Shown piece by piece: positions 19,601-29,648 of a stretch of 64,000 bases of DNA (position 1 is its first letter; each line of letters begins with the position of its first letter). Position numbers and translations under genes: made by a program. The DNA comes from an uncultured Bacillota bacterium. GTDB lineage: Bacteria; Sysuimicrobiota; Sysuimicrobiia; Sysuimicrobiales; Segetimicrobiaceae. The stretch spans positions 384,001-448,000 of the forward strand of contig CAWDRG010000015.1 in the NCBI GenBank assembly GCA_963804645.1. The letters are read 5' to 3'. The notes beneath the pieces were generated by a model. It was not told where the DNA came from, did not search any database, and saw nothing but the letters and a program-made list of their open reading frames with translations.

Positions 19601-21181
19601 TCAGTTCCAGGACGCGTCCCGCATCAGGAGCAGCAGGTCGGGACGCGGCGTCCACGTCAGCGCGCGGTTCATGCCGTAGGCGTTGGGTGCCGTGAACAAC
19701 GGGACCGTCGGCATCTCCTCCCGGAACAACAGCTGCGCCTGACGCAGCAGCGCCTTGGCCTTGGCTCCGTCCGCGGATTGTGCGGCGTCGGCGAGCAGCT
19801 GTTCGAAGCGCGGATCCGCAGGCGACCACGACGTATACCCGGCTTGACTGGTGTAGGTGGCCGCGATCTCTCCAGCGTCGCCGTAAAAGCTGGTGTGTCT
19901 CGTGAGCGTGGAATCGTACGCCAGCTTCTTGTTGGCGACCTGCTGCAGCAAGATGCCGTACTCGACGATCACCGCCCGTGCGCGCACTCCGACTTCATTC
20001 AGCTGCGCCGCGATGGCCAGCGCGAGATCGCGGTCGCCGGGGTACACGCCGGACGTCGTCGCAATCGTCATGTCGAACCCGCCGGCGTAGCCTGCCTCGG
20101 CCAGCAGCGCCTTGGCTCGGCCGGGGTCGTACGACCACGCCGGCACCGACGCATCGCACCCGAACTGGAGTGCCGTGCAGAAAGTGACAATCGGTGTCCC
20201 GTCGTTGTGCATGATGGTGGTGAGCAGCGCCTTCCGCGCCACGGCGTAGTTCAGGGCCTGCCGGACTCGCGGATCCCCCAGCGGCCGTCCCGCCGGAAGA
20301 TTCACGATGTTGAGGTCCATGAAAAACATCGACAAGCTGATCGCGTGCACCAGCTTCGCGTTGCGGTCGCGCTGCACCACGTCGAACTCGTCTGGGGGAA
20401 TCAGATTGATCAGGTCCACCGATCCCGCAAGCAGCTCGGCCAGCCTGGAGGCCTCGTTGGGGATCGCCCGCACGATCACGTGCGCGATCTTCGGAGCGCC
20501 GCCCCAGTAGTCGGTGTTCGCGGCCAGCGTCACGTGATCGTCCTGTACCCATTCCACAAACTTGTACGGCCCGGTGCCGACTGGGTGCCGGATGAGCGCG
20601 TCGTCGCCGTTGGTCGCGAGGTAGCCCGGCGGCACGATCCAGCTGTTGACGGCGATGAGCTGAAGAAACAGGGCCGGCGGCATCGGCGACTTCGTTTCGA
20701 TGCGCACGGTCGTGGCATTCACGACCGTCACCGCGCGAATCGGCGCGAACAGCCGGGCCCGGGGCCAGCGTAGCCGCGGATCCAGTCCCCGCTCGATCGA
20801 GAATTTCACGGCCTGCGCGGTGAACGGTTCGCCGTCGTGAAAGCGTACCCCGGGGCGAAGCGTGAACTCCCACGTCGTCGGATCGATCATGCGCCAGGAC
20901 CGCGCAAGCCCAGGGTGCAGGTGCAGTTGCGCGTCGCGATTGATGAGGGTCTCGTAGATGTTCGAGAGCACGTTGAGGTCCGGTGTCAGCCCCGTTCGCT
21001 GCGGGTCGCCCGTGGTGATATCGGTCCCCTGCGCGATGACGACGGTATCTCGCGACGCTCCGAACGCCCGGTCGAACACGCCAATGCCGACCGCGAGCGA
21101 TGCCACCAGGCACCCGGCGACGATGGAACTGCGCCCGAACGTGCCCACCCAGTTCGAGCTGTGCCTACGCATGTTGCGCAC
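19601..21181 (-). CDS. Peptide/nickel ABC substrate-binding protein (family 5)
   Basis: LRPGVRFHDGEPFTA.AVKFS, GTGPYKF and DPRVRQALNYA. Signal peptide present. Confidence 0.92.
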   Translation of the reverse strand: MRNMRRHSSNWVGTFGRSSIVAGCLVASLAVGIGVFDRAFGASRDTVVIAQGTDITTGDPQRTGLTPDLNVLSNIYETLINRDAQLHLHPGLARSWRMIDPTTWEFTLRPGVRFHDGEPFTAQAVKFSIERGLDPRLRWPRARLFAPIRAVTVVNATTVRIETKSPMPPALFLQLIAVNSWIVPPGYLATNGDDALIRHPVGTGPYKFVEWVQDDHVTLAANTDYWGGAPKIAHVIVRAIPNEASRLAELLAGSVDLINLIPPDEFDVVQRDRNAKLVHAISLSMFFMDLNIVNLPAGRPLGDPRVRQALNYAVARKALLTTIMHNDGTPIVTFCTALQFGCDASVPAWSYDPGRAKALLAEAGYAGGFDMTIATTSGVYPGDRDLALAIAAQLNEVGVRARAVIVEYGILLQQVANKKLAYDSTLTRHTSFYGDAGEIAATYTSQAGYTSWSPADPRFEQLLADAAQSADGAKAKALLRQAQLLFREEMPTVPLFTAPNAYGMNRALTWTPRPDLLLLMRDASWN

Positions 21182-21511
21182 CTCTCCATGCGCCGGAGTC
21201 GAGCGAGGCCCCGCTCCGCGCGTGTCGTTTCATGGGGCATTCCCGAACGTACTGGCAGGGGACATCGGGATAGGACTAGCGGTGATACGTTCGAGGGTTG
21301 ACGAGGCTTCCCTGCGGGGTTGGGCGTCCTACACACCCGCTGACGTGCCGGAGATTGCGGAGATGTACGTGGTGAAGCCCCCGGGCGGGAGTCAACGTCC
21401 GGCACGTCGTATCCAGTATCCCAGTGCGATGGGCGGGGCTCCGGCAGTGTTGTTCCGGCGGCGCGCGTGAACTCGGCTGCCACGACGTGGGAGATAGGCG
21501 AGGGCGCATCG

Positions 21512-22396
21512 GTGCTGAGACCGTTCGAGATCCATCAGCCTGCGACCACGGCGGAGGCGAGCCGGCTGTCTGCGCGATACGGCGATGAGGCCGCGTTCTA
21601 CGCCGGCGGCACGGAGCTGTTGCTCGCGATGAAGGAAGGCCTCCTGCGCTACCGCCACCTCATCGACCTCAAGACGATCCCTGGACTTTGCGGCATCGAG
21701 TGCGATTCCGCTGGGAATGCGCTCTGTGTCGGGGCGCTCGCGACGCACCGCACGATCGAGCGCTCCCCGGCGGTGGCGGAGCATCTACCGCTGCTGGCGG
21801 AGGTGGAGCGCGGCGTCGCGAACATCCGCGTGAAGCACATGGGGACGATCGGCGGCAACCTGTGTTTCGCGGAGCCGCGCGCCGACCCAGGCACGCTGTG
21901 CGCCGCCTGCGACGCGACGGTCCGGCTCGACGGCGCGTCCGGCACCCGGCAGATGACCATCGAGGAGTTCTTCGTCGGCCCGTACGAGACGTCGCGCGCG
22001 CCGGACGAGGTGTTGACAGAGATCCGGCTGCCTCGATTCGGGCCCCGCACGCAGGGCGCCTACATGAAGTTCGGTGTGCACGAGCGGCCGACGCTCGGTG
22101 TGGCGGTCGTGCTGACCCTCTCCGCGGACGGCGCGGTGGTCGCGGATGCGCGCGTCGCTGTCGGCTGCGTGAATCCACGCCCGACGCGGCTGCGTGAGGC
22201 CGAGGACGCGGCGAGAGGACGGTCGGTCGCGGATCTCCTGCGGACCGTTGACGAGGTCGCCGCGGCGTCCGAGCTGGCGCTGACGCCCGTCAGCGACGTG
22301 CACGGCTCGGCCGAGTACAAAACGGCGATGACCAAGGTGTTTGTGCGCCGCGCGCTGCAGACGGCGTGCGGTCGGGTCGAAAGGGGCGAGGCGTGA
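21512..22396 (+). CDS. Molybdenum hydroxylase FAD-binding subunit (CoxM/XdhB-like)
   Basis: YAGGTELL, GTIGGNLC and DVHGSAEYK. Confidence 0.9.
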   Translation: MLRPFEIHQPATTAEASRLSARYGDEAAFYAGGTELLLAMKEGLLRYRHLIDLKTIPGLCGIECDSAGNALCVGALATHRTIERSPAVAEHLPLLAEVERGVANIRVKHMGTIGGNLCFAEPRADPGTLCAACDATVRLDGASGTRQMTIEEFFVGPYETSRAPDEVLTEIRLPRFGPRTQGAYMKFGVHERPTLGVAVVLTLSADGAVVADARVAVGCVNPRPTRLREAEDAARGRSVADLLRTVDEVAAASELALTPVSDVHGSAEYKTAMTKVFVRRALQTACGRVERGEA

Positions 22397-22908
22397 CGCC
22401 CGCCGACGCCCCTCGCCCCGGCGGGCGCACGATCGCCGTGGACGTCACGGTGAACGGGCATCGGCATGCGCTGGCGATCGCCCCGAACGATCTGTTGGTG
22501 GATACGTTGCGAGTCGAACTCGGACTGATCGGGACGAAGCGGTCGTGCGACCTGCAGGTGTGCGGCGCCTGCACCGTGCTCGTCGACGGTGCGCCCGTCA
22601 GCGCGTGCACCTACCTGACGTACGAAGCACGGGGGAAGGACATCCTGACGATCGAGGGGTTGGCACGCGGCGAGGTCCTGCACCCGCTCCAGCAGGCGTT
22701 TATCGACCACGCCGCGTTTCAGTGCGGATTCTGCACCCCGGGCATGATCCTCGCGGCGCGTGCGCTGCTCGTGGAGACGCCGTGCCCGTCGGTCGAGGAG
22801 ATCACGCACTACCTGCGCGGCAATCTCTGCCGGTGCACCGGCTACAAGAAGATCGTCGAGGCGATCCAGGCCGCCGGGGCGGTGCTTCGCGGCGGGAGCG
22901 GCGGCTGA
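22393..22908 (+). CDS. Molybdenum hydroxylase [2Fe-2S] subunit (CoxS-like)
   Basis: C....CGACTV, QCGFCTPG and GNLCRCTGY. Confidence 0.93.
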   Translation: MTPADAPRPGGRTIAVDVTVNGHRHALAIAPNDLLVDTLRVELGLIGTKRSCDLQVCGACTVLVDGAPVSACTYLTYEARGKDILTIEGLARGEVLHPLQQAFIDHAAFQCGFCTPGMILAARALLVETPCPSVEEITHYLRGNLCRCTGYKKIVEAIQAAGAVLRGGSGG

Positions 22909-22959
22909 GATGCGGCGACACCGGTCTGCGCCCGCCCGGGGTCGCGCGGGGGTGCGCGG

Positions 22960-25275
22960 ATGACCCGACGCGGCGGACCCGATCAGCCGTTGACGATCGT
23001 GGGGCAGTCGACGCCGCGCCTCGACGCGGTCGACAAGGTCACCGGCCGTGCGGTGTACGCGTCGGACCACGTGGTGCCCGGGATGCTGGAGGCGCGCATC
23101 CTCCGAAGCCCGGTGCCGCACGCGCGGATCGTGCGGGTCGACGCGTCCCGCGCCGAGGCGCTGCCCGGCGTCGTCGCAGTGCTGACGGCCGCGGACGTCA
23201 GCGACATCGACCCGTACTACGGGCCGGCGTTCAAGGACCAGCCGCTGGTGGCGATCGATCGGGTGCGCTATCAGGGCGAGCCCGTGGCGGCCGTGGCCGC
23301 GGTCGACGCGGCGACCGCCGAGGCCGCGGTCGAGCTGATCGACGTCGCGTACGAAGACCTGCCCGTCGTCGAGACGATTGACGACGCGCTCGCCGACGGC
23401 GGCGCGCGTCTGCATGGGGCGCTTCGGACGAGCGGGCACTTCCGGGATCTGCGGTCGCTCGCGCCGATCCCGGGCACCAACGTCTGCCACCGGTACCACC
23501 TGCGCCGCGGAGACGTCGAGGCGGCGTTCGCCTCGGCGGACGTGGTGCTGGAGAACGTCTACACGTTTCCGGCCGTCCAGCACTGCGCGCTCGAGTCGCA
23601 CGTCTCGATCGCGGCGTGGCGGCCCGACGGCATCGAGGTCTGGTCCTCGGCCCAGCATCCGTTCCCGGTGCGGCGGGAGCTCGCGGAGATGTTTGGGGTG
23701 CCGCAGCACGCGGTGCGCGTCCACGTGCCGCTGATCGGCGGCGCGTTTGGACAGAAGTGCTATACCAAGATGGAGCCGCTCGCGGTGGCGCTCGCCCGCA
23801 AGGCGGGGCGGCCGGTCCGGGTGGCCCTGTCGATGGCCGAGGCGTTCCTCACGCTGACGCGGCACGGCACCCGCGTGCGGATCAAGACCGGCGCCCGGCG
23901 CGACGGCGGCGTGGTCGCCCGCAAGGTCGAGCTGTGGCTCGACACCGGGGCGTACGCTGACGTCGGACCGCGCGTCACGCAGAAGGCGGGCTACCGGTCG
24001 ATCGGACCGTACCGGTTTGCCGGCGTCGAGGTTGACGCGTATTGCGTCTACACGAACAAGGTGCCGGCCGGCGCGTTCCGCGGATACGGCGGGCCGCAGG
24101 CCTCGTGGGCCGGCGAGTCGCAGATGACCGAGCTGGCGCATGCCCTCGGTATGGACCCGGTCGCGTTCCGCCGCCGGAATCTGCTCGGCCGCGGCGACGA
24201 GTACCAGACCGGGGACACGCCGATCGACGGAGATCTGAGCGGGCAGATGGACCGCCTCGAGGAGGTCCGGGGCGCGCCGGGGGACCTGCCGCCGGACTGC
24301 GGCCGCGGCATCGCGATCGGATTCAAGGACGGCGGAGGCACGCACACGGTGTCGAACTCGATCGTGCGCCTCCACGCGGACGGGAGTGCGACCGTCGGTT
24401 CCGGCAGCGTCGAGATCGGCCAGGGCGCGCGCACCGTCATGTCTCAGATCGCCGCGGAGGCGCTGTCGCTTCCGCTGCACCACGTCCGCGTCCCGGAGCC
24501 GGACACGGACGCGACGCCGTACGATCAGGGGACGAGCGCGAGCCGGTCCACGACGCTCATGGGCTACGCGGTGTGGCAGGCCGCGCTCGACGTCCGGCGG
24601 CAGCTGGTCGCGCTCGCGGCGGACGCGTTCGAAGCGCCGGCCGACGTCATCCGGCTCGCGGACGGCGCGGCGATCGCGGGGCAGCGGCGTCTGACGTACG
24701 CCGACCTGATCGCGAGGCATTACGGGCTGGCGGGCGGGGAGTTGATCGGCAGCGGGGTGTTCCGGCCCGGGGTGTTCTCGGGACCGCTCGGCGGATCGAC
24801 GACGTTCTGGGAGGCGGGCATCGGCTTCGCCGAAATCCACGTCGACCGCGACACCGGCGAGATCCGGGTGCTGCGCTACCTGTCCACCGTGGACGTCGGC
24901 CGGGCGATCAATCCGGCGCTGTGCGAGGGACAGGAAGAGGGCGCCGCGATGCAGGGACTCGGCCACGCGCTGCGCGAGGAGCTGGTGTTCGAGCGCGGGC
25001 AGCTCCTCAACGGCAGCCTGATCGACTACGCGGTGCCCACGATCGAGGCGCTGCCCCGCGAGTTCGGTGCGATCCTCATCGAGCACGGAGACGGGCCGGG
25101 CCCGTACGGCGCCAAGGGCGTGGGCGAATCGGGGATCGTCGCCCCCGCGCCGGCGATCGCGGCGGCCGTCCACGCCGCGACCGGGGTGTGGGTGCGGGAT
25201 CTCCCCATGACGCCCGAGCGGGTGTGGCGGGCCCTGCGGGGCATGGATCAGCGGGAGCCGGGGCCGGGAGGCTAA
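22960..25275 (+). CDS. Xanthine dehydrogenase-family molybdopterin-binding subunit
   Basis: GGAFGQK, GAFRGYG, EIGQG, SASRST and GAKGVGE. Confidence 0.93.
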   Translation: MTRRGGPDQPLTIVGQSTPRLDAVDKVTGRAVYASDHVVPGMLEARILRSPVPHARIVRVDASRAEALPGVVAVLTAADVSDIDPYYGPAFKDQPLVAIDRVRYQGEPVAAVAAVDAATAEAAVELIDVAYEDLPVVETIDDALADGGARLHGALRTSGHFRDLRSLAPIPGTNVCHRYHLRRGDVEAAFASADVVLENVYTFPAVQHCALESHVSIAAWRPDGIEVWSSAQHPFPVRRELAEMFGVPQHAVRVHVPLIGGAFGQKCYTKMEPLAVALARKAGRPVRVALSMAEAFLTLTRHGTRVRIKTGARRDGGVVARKVELWLDTGAYADVGPRVTQKAGYRSIGPYRFAGVEVDAYCVYTNKVPAGAFRGYGGPQASWAGESQMTELAHALGMDPVAFRRRNLLGRGDEYQTGDTPIDGDLSGQMDRLEEVRGAPGDLPPDCGRGIAIGFKDGGGTHTVSNSIVRLHADGSATVGSGSVEIGQGARTVMSQIAAEALSLPLHHVRVPEPDTDATPYDQGTSASRSTTLMGYAVWQAALDVRRQLVALAADAFEAPADVIRLADGAAIAGQRRLTYADLIARHYGLAGGELIGSGVFRPGVFSGPLGGSTTFWEAGIGFAEIHVDRDTGEIRVLRYLSTVDVGRAINPALCEGQEEGAAMQGLGHALREELVFERGQLLNGSLIDYAVPTIEALPREFGAILIEHGDGPGPYGAKGVGESGIVAPAPAIAAAVHAATGVWVRDLPMTPERVWRALRGMDQREPGPGG

Positions 25276-25278
25276 CCA

Positions 25279-26709
25279 ATGGAGTTTCGGGACCTTCGCC
25301 AATGGATCGATGCGGTGCGCGGCCTCGGAGAACTCCGAGAAGTGCGGGGGGCGCACTGGGATCTCGAGATGGGGACGATCGTCGATCTCTACCAGCGGCG
25401 CATGGGCCTCCCCGCGCTGCTGTTCGACGAGATCGGCGAGTACCCGGCCGGCTGGCGCGTGCTCGCTAACACGCTGACCAGCCGCTCGAGGATCGCGCTC
25501 ACCCTCGGGCTGCCCCCGGACACGGACGCGCGCGGCATCGTGATGGCGTGGCGGGAGTATGCCCGCCACTACCCGACCGTGCCGTGCCGCGAGGTCCCCG
25601 ACGGTCCGGTCAACGAGGTCGTGGAGACCGGCGACGACGTCGACATTCTGCGGTTCCCGTCGCCGCGCTGGCACGCTAAGGACGGCGGCCGCTACATCGG
25701 CACCGGCTGCCTCGTGATTCAGCGCGACCCGGAGTCGGCCTGGGTGAACGTCGGCGTGTACCGCGTCCAGGTGCATGACGGCCGCAGGACCGGGCTCTAT
25801 ATCTCGCCCGGCAAGCACGGGCGGCTGATCATGGAGAAGTACTGGAAGCAGGGACGGCCGTGCCCGGTGGCGGTCTCGCTCGGACACGACCCCTTGGCGT
25901 TCTTCGTGGCCGGGCTGGAAATCCCGCATGGGGTCAGCGAGCTCGAGGTGGTCGGCGGGCTGCGCGGCGAGCCGTTCGAGGTGGTCCCCAGCGAGTTCAC
26001 CGGCCTGCCGATCCCCGCGACCAGTGAAGCCGTGCTCGAAGGAGAGATTCATCCGGGGGAACTGCTCGACGAGGGTCCCTTCGGGGAGTGGCTCGGGTAC
26101 TACGCCGGCGGGACGCGGCCGGCGTCCGTCATCCGGGTGACCGCCGTCCGCCGGCGGCGTGATCCGATCGTCATGGGAAACCTGCCGGCGAAGCCCCCGA
26201 ACGACGATACCTACTACCGCGGCTATCTTCGGGCCGCCGCCATCTGGAGCGAATTGGAGGGCGCCGGCATCCCGGGCGTCTCGATGGTGTGGTGCCACGA
26301 GGCCGGCGGCTCAAGGATGTTCACGATCGTCGCGCTCCGGCAGATGTACGCGGGGCACGCCAAGCAGACCGGACTGGTGGCGGCGCAGTGCCACGCCGGC
26401 GCGTACGCGAACCGGTGGACGGTGGTGGTCGACGACGACGTGGATCCCACCGACACGAACGACGTCGTCTGGGCGATGTGCAGTCGCGTGGATCCTCGGG
26501 AGGACGTCGACGTGCTGACCGGCGGGTGGAGCACGCCGCTCGACCCCATGAGCTATCCGCCCGACCGCCGCAACCTGAACGCGCGCCTCGTCATCAACGC
26601 GTGCCGTCCGTTCGGGCGGGAGTTTCCTGAAGTGTGCACGGCGAGCCCCGAGGTGAGAGCGGAGATCGTCGCCCGCTGGCGCGACCGGCTCCCGGAAATC
26701 GCCGACTGA
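25279..26709 (+). CDS. UbiD-family (prFMN-dependent) decarboxylase
   Basis: DGGRYIGT, NVGVYRVQV, EGPFGEW.GYY and VVVDDDVDP. Confidence 0.93.
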   Translation: MEFRDLRQWIDAVRGLGELREVRGAHWDLEMGTIVDLYQRRMGLPALLFDEIGEYPAGWRVLANTLTSRSRIALTLGLPPDTDARGIVMAWREYARHYPTVPCREVPDGPVNEVVETGDDVDILRFPSPRWHAKDGGRYIGTGCLVIQRDPESAWVNVGVYRVQVHDGRRTGLYISPGKHGRLIMEKYWKQGRPCPVAVSLGHDPLAFFVAGLEIPHGVSELEVVGGLRGEPFEVVPSEFTGLPIPATSEAVLEGEIHPGELLDEGPFGEWLGYYAGGTRPASVIRVTAVRRRRDPIVMGNLPAKPPNDDTYYRGYLRAAAIWSELEGAGIPGVSMVWCHEAGGSRMFTIVALRQMYAGHAKQTGLVAAQCHAGAYANRWTVVVDDDVDPTDTNDVVWAMCSRVDPREDVDVLTGGWSTPLDPMSYPPDRRNLNARLVINACRPFGREFPEVCTASPEVRAEIVARWRDRLPEIAD

Positions 26710-26812
26710 TGACCGCGTAGGCATCGCGACGCGGCGCCCCGTCGCGCCGCACCCAAGCCTCCCCGGCGCCGTCCGAAGCCCTCAAAGTGACCGCACTCGG
26801 GTCTCCGCCCGA

Positions 26813-26841
26813 TTGATATACCCTACGGGGTATGGTATTTA
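26813..26841 (+). promoter_or_regulatory. CsoR/CstR-type operator overlapping a promoter
   Basis: Palindrome ATACCC-TACG-GGGTAT (26818-26833) between TTGATA and TATTTA. A CsoR-family gene is in the downstream operon. Confidence 0.7.
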
Positions 26842-26895
26842 GGGTTGGAGGGCCGCGGCTGGATGCGGGGACCGTCGTGCGAGTGTGAGGAGGGA

Positions 26896-27129
26896 ATGCA
26901 GATGCGCGGGCGTGTCGGGGCGACAGATCGTGCAGTTCGTGTGCTTGTCGGGGGTGTCGCGCTGTTGATGGGGCTGACGCAGGCCGGAAGCATCGGAGCC
27001 GGCTGGGCCTATGTGGCCGACGCGGTTGGTGTCATCGGGCTCGTCACGGGGCTCGTCGGACGGTGTCCACTCTACGCCCTCTGCGGCGTCGAGACGTGCG
27101 GCAAATCGGCAGACGCGGTAAAGGAGTGA
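26896..27129 (+). CDS. DUF2892 (YgaP-like) membrane protein
   Basis: VG.TDR.VRV..G...TGLVGRCPLY.LCG..TC pattern. Confidence 0.85.
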   Translation: MQMRGRVGATDRAVRVLVGGVALLMGLTQAGSIGAGWAYVADAVGVIGLVTGLVGRCPLYALCGVETCGKSADAVKE

Positions 27130-27134
27130 TTCGG

Positions 27135-27599
27135 ATGCGGGTCGAGGCGCGTTGGGCGTCTGACATGCGGTTTGAAGGCACCAACGAGGACGGACTGCGG
27201 GTGGTGATGGATGCGCATCCCGACCACGGCGGGACCGGCGGGGGGCCGACGCCGATGGAGAGCCTTCTGCTCGCGCTTGCCGGGTGCACCGGGATGGATA
27301 TGATCCCCATGTTGAGGAAAATGCGTGCGCCCGTGGAGCGATTTGTGATCGAGGTGACCGGCGAGCGCGCTCACGAGCATCCCAAGGTGCTCACGGCGAT
27401 CCACCTCCGCTACCTCGCGGCGGGGCGGGGTCTGCGGGCGGAACAGGTGGAGAAAGCCGCCGCGCTCTCCCAAGAAAAGTACTGCTCGGTTTCGGCGATG
27501 CTGCGGAAGGCCGCTCTGGTTACCTACGACGTCGTCGTGACGGACACGGGGGACGCGGTCCTGTCCGCCGGACCGGTGTCTGTCGGGCACGCTGGATGA
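27135..27599 (+). CDS. OsmC family protein (YhfA-like)
   Basis: GPTPMESLLLALAGCTGMD and LSQEKYCSVS. Confidence 0.9.
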   Translation: MRVEARWASDMRFEGTNEDGLRVVMDAHPDHGGTGGGPTPMESLLLALAGCTGMDMIPMLRKMRAPVERFVIEVTGERAHEHPKVLTAIHLRYLAAGRGLRAEQVEKAAALSQEKYCSVSAMLRKAALVTYDVVVTDTGDAVLSAGPVSVGHAG

Positions 27600-27898
27600 G
27601 CCCGAAAACGGGTACGCCCACACATCTGCGGCTCGATCAGGAGACGCAGGACCTTCTGCTCGCTCGACTGCGCAGAGTCGGCGGCCAGGTGGAAGGCCTG
27701 CAGCGCATGCTCGCGGAGGGCCGCGACTGCGTGGAGATCGCGCACCAGGTCGCGGCGGCCCGCGGGGCGCTGGACCGGGTCGCGATGGACCTGATCGCCG
27801 CCGGGCTGGAGCGGTGCCTGCGGATGCAAGCCGACGGCCAGCCGCAGGCGGCAGATCGGCTCAAGAAGCTGAAGCAGACGTTTCTGATGCTGAGGTAG
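27596..27898 (+). CDS. CsoR/RcnR-family transcriptional repressor
   Basis: RLRRVGGQVEGLQRML...DC.EI..QVAA. Confidence 0.9.
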   Translation: MSPKTGTPTHLRLDQETQDLLLARLRRVGGQVEGLQRMLAEGRDCVEIAHQVAAARGALDRVAMDLIAAGLERCLRMQADGQPQAADRLKKLKQTFLMLR

Positions 27899-28246
27899 CG
27901 GGGGCGGACACGTCAAAGTCGGCGCCTTCGCCACGGCAGGGAGCCGGCAGGCCGCAGCGGCCCGGGGGCATCCCGGACGGCGTTCGCTGAACGGGGGGCC
28001 GACATGGAACGTGTCGAGACGACGAGCACGCTCCGGAGCCCGGAAGTGGCGGGGGTGCTCGAGCTGCTGATCGCCGTTCTGCGTGCCCAGCGCGGCGACG
28101 GCTGACCCGTCGGGCGCCCGCAGGGTACCGGTAGAAATCTCTCGAACCACGAGTCCGCGGATCGGGCCGCGCGGTTCCGGGGTGGTGCCGGGCCTCGGTG
28201 CGGCGCGGGGCCGGCACAGGTCCTGGAGGGCGGCGGAGGTTGCTGC

Positions 28247-29635
28247 ATGTCGACCGAACGCGTGCACCGCTACATCGATGAGCACCGCGAGCCGGCGCTG
28301 GAGATCTTGAAGGGTCTCATCCGGCAGCCCAGCGTCAGCGCGCAGGACATGGGCGTCAAAGCGTGCGCGCGGTACCTCGCCGAGCTGCTTCGGGAGCTCA
28401 GGATCGCCGCCGAGATCATGCCCACGCCGACGCAGCCCGTCGTGTACGCGGAGATCCTCCGCGATCCGAAGGCGTACACGCTGCTCTGCTACGGGCACTA
28501 CGATGTGCAGCCCCCCGAGCCCCTTGACCTGTGGCAGAGTCCGCCGTTCGAGCCGACGGTGCGCGACGGTCGGTTGTACGGCCGCGGCACCGGCGACAAC
28601 AAAGGACAGCTGATCGCGCATGTGCTGGCGGCGAAGGCCTGGATGGAGGCCGCCGGCGGGCCGCCGATCAACCTGAAGTTCGTGTTCGACGGCGAGGAGG
28701 AGTCGGGCTCGCCGAGCCTCGCGGGGTTCGTCCGTGAGCACCGGACCCGGCTTGCCGCCGATCTGGTCTATATTTCGGACGGCGGGCTGCACCCGTCCGG
28801 GGCGCCCACCCTGTCGCTCGGCAACCGCGGCATCCTGGGGCTGACGCTGGTCGCGCAGGGCGCCGACCGCGACAATCACTCGGGGAACAAGGGCGGCGTC
28901 GCCCCGAACCCCGTCTGGATGCTCGTGCACCTGCTGTCCACGATGGTCGACCGCTCCGGCCGGGTGCTGATCGACGGATTCTACGACGACGTCCGCCCGA
29001 TCGGCGCGGTGGAGGAGCGGCTGCTCGCGAAGATGGAGTTCGACCCGACGGCGTTTGCGCGGACGATGGGCCTGGAGTCGCTCGCGATCGACGGCCCGAC
29101 GTACTGGAAGCGCATCATGCTGGAGCCGTACTTCAACATCAGCGGCATGCAGAGCGGCTACGTCGGGCAGGGGTCCAAGACGATCATCCCCGCGCGCGCG
29201 GAGTGCCGCATCGACGTCCGCCTCGTGGTGGACCAACAGAGCCGGGACATCTTCGAGAAGGTGAAGCGGCACATCGCCAGGGTCGACCCGCGGGTCGAGG
29301 TTCAGGGCCGGCAGCTCGGGTCGATGGAGGCCAGCCGGACCGCGCCCGACCACCCGGCGGTCGGCATCGTCGCTCGGGCCATCGCGGCGGTGCGCGGGGT
29401 GGAGCCGCAGATCAACCTCTCAAGCGGCGGCAGCCTCCCGAACGCGGTCTGGCCGAACGTGCTCGGCGTGGACCACATCGGCGTCCCGTATGCGAACGCG
29501 GACGAGAACAACCACAGCCCGAACGAGAATCTGAGCGTCGACCGGTACTACGACGGCATCCACGTGAGCGCGGAGGTGTTCCACGCGCTCGCCGAGGCCG
29601 ACCGGGCGGGCACCGCGCGCCGCCCCGCGACGTAG
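28247..29635 (+). CDS. M20/M25/M40 family metallo-hydrolase
   Basis: YGHYDVQP, GRGTGDNKGQ, DGEEESGS and HSPNE. Confidence 0.92.
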   Translation: MSTERVHRYIDEHREPALEILKGLIRQPSVSAQDMGVKACARYLAELLRELRIAAEIMPTPTQPVVYAEILRDPKAYTLLCYGHYDVQPPEPLDLWQSPPFEPTVRDGRLYGRGTGDNKGQLIAHVLAAKAWMEAAGGPPINLKFVFDGEEESGSPSLAGFVREHRTRLAADLVYISDGGLHPSGAPTLSLGNRGILGLTLVAQGADRDNHSGNKGGVAPNPVWMLVHLLSTMVDRSGRVLIDGFYDDVRPIGAVEERLLAKMEFDPTAFARTMGLESLAIDGPTYWKRIMLEPYFNISGMQSGYVGQGSKTIIPARAECRIDVRLVVDQQSRDIFEKVKRHIARVDPRVEVQGRQLGSMEASRTAPDHPAVGIVARAIAAVRGVEPQINLSSGGSLPNAVWPNVLGVDHIGVPYANADENNHSPNENLSVDRYYDGIHVSAEVFHALAEADRAGTARRPAT

Positions 29636-29648
29636 GGCCGCCCGGCGC

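Noticed and set aside
21512..25275. Aerobic CO dehydrogenase (coxMSL)
   Set aside because: The large-subunit active-site loop is AFRGYG, not AYxCSFR (form I) or AYxGAGR (form II). It is a generic Mo-hydroxylase.
22060..26298. 1412-aa minus-strand ORF and many other long overlapping ORFs
   Set aside because: These are antisense or alternate-frame shadows of well-supported genes in high-GC DNA, with Arg/Pro/Gly-rich, motif-free translations.
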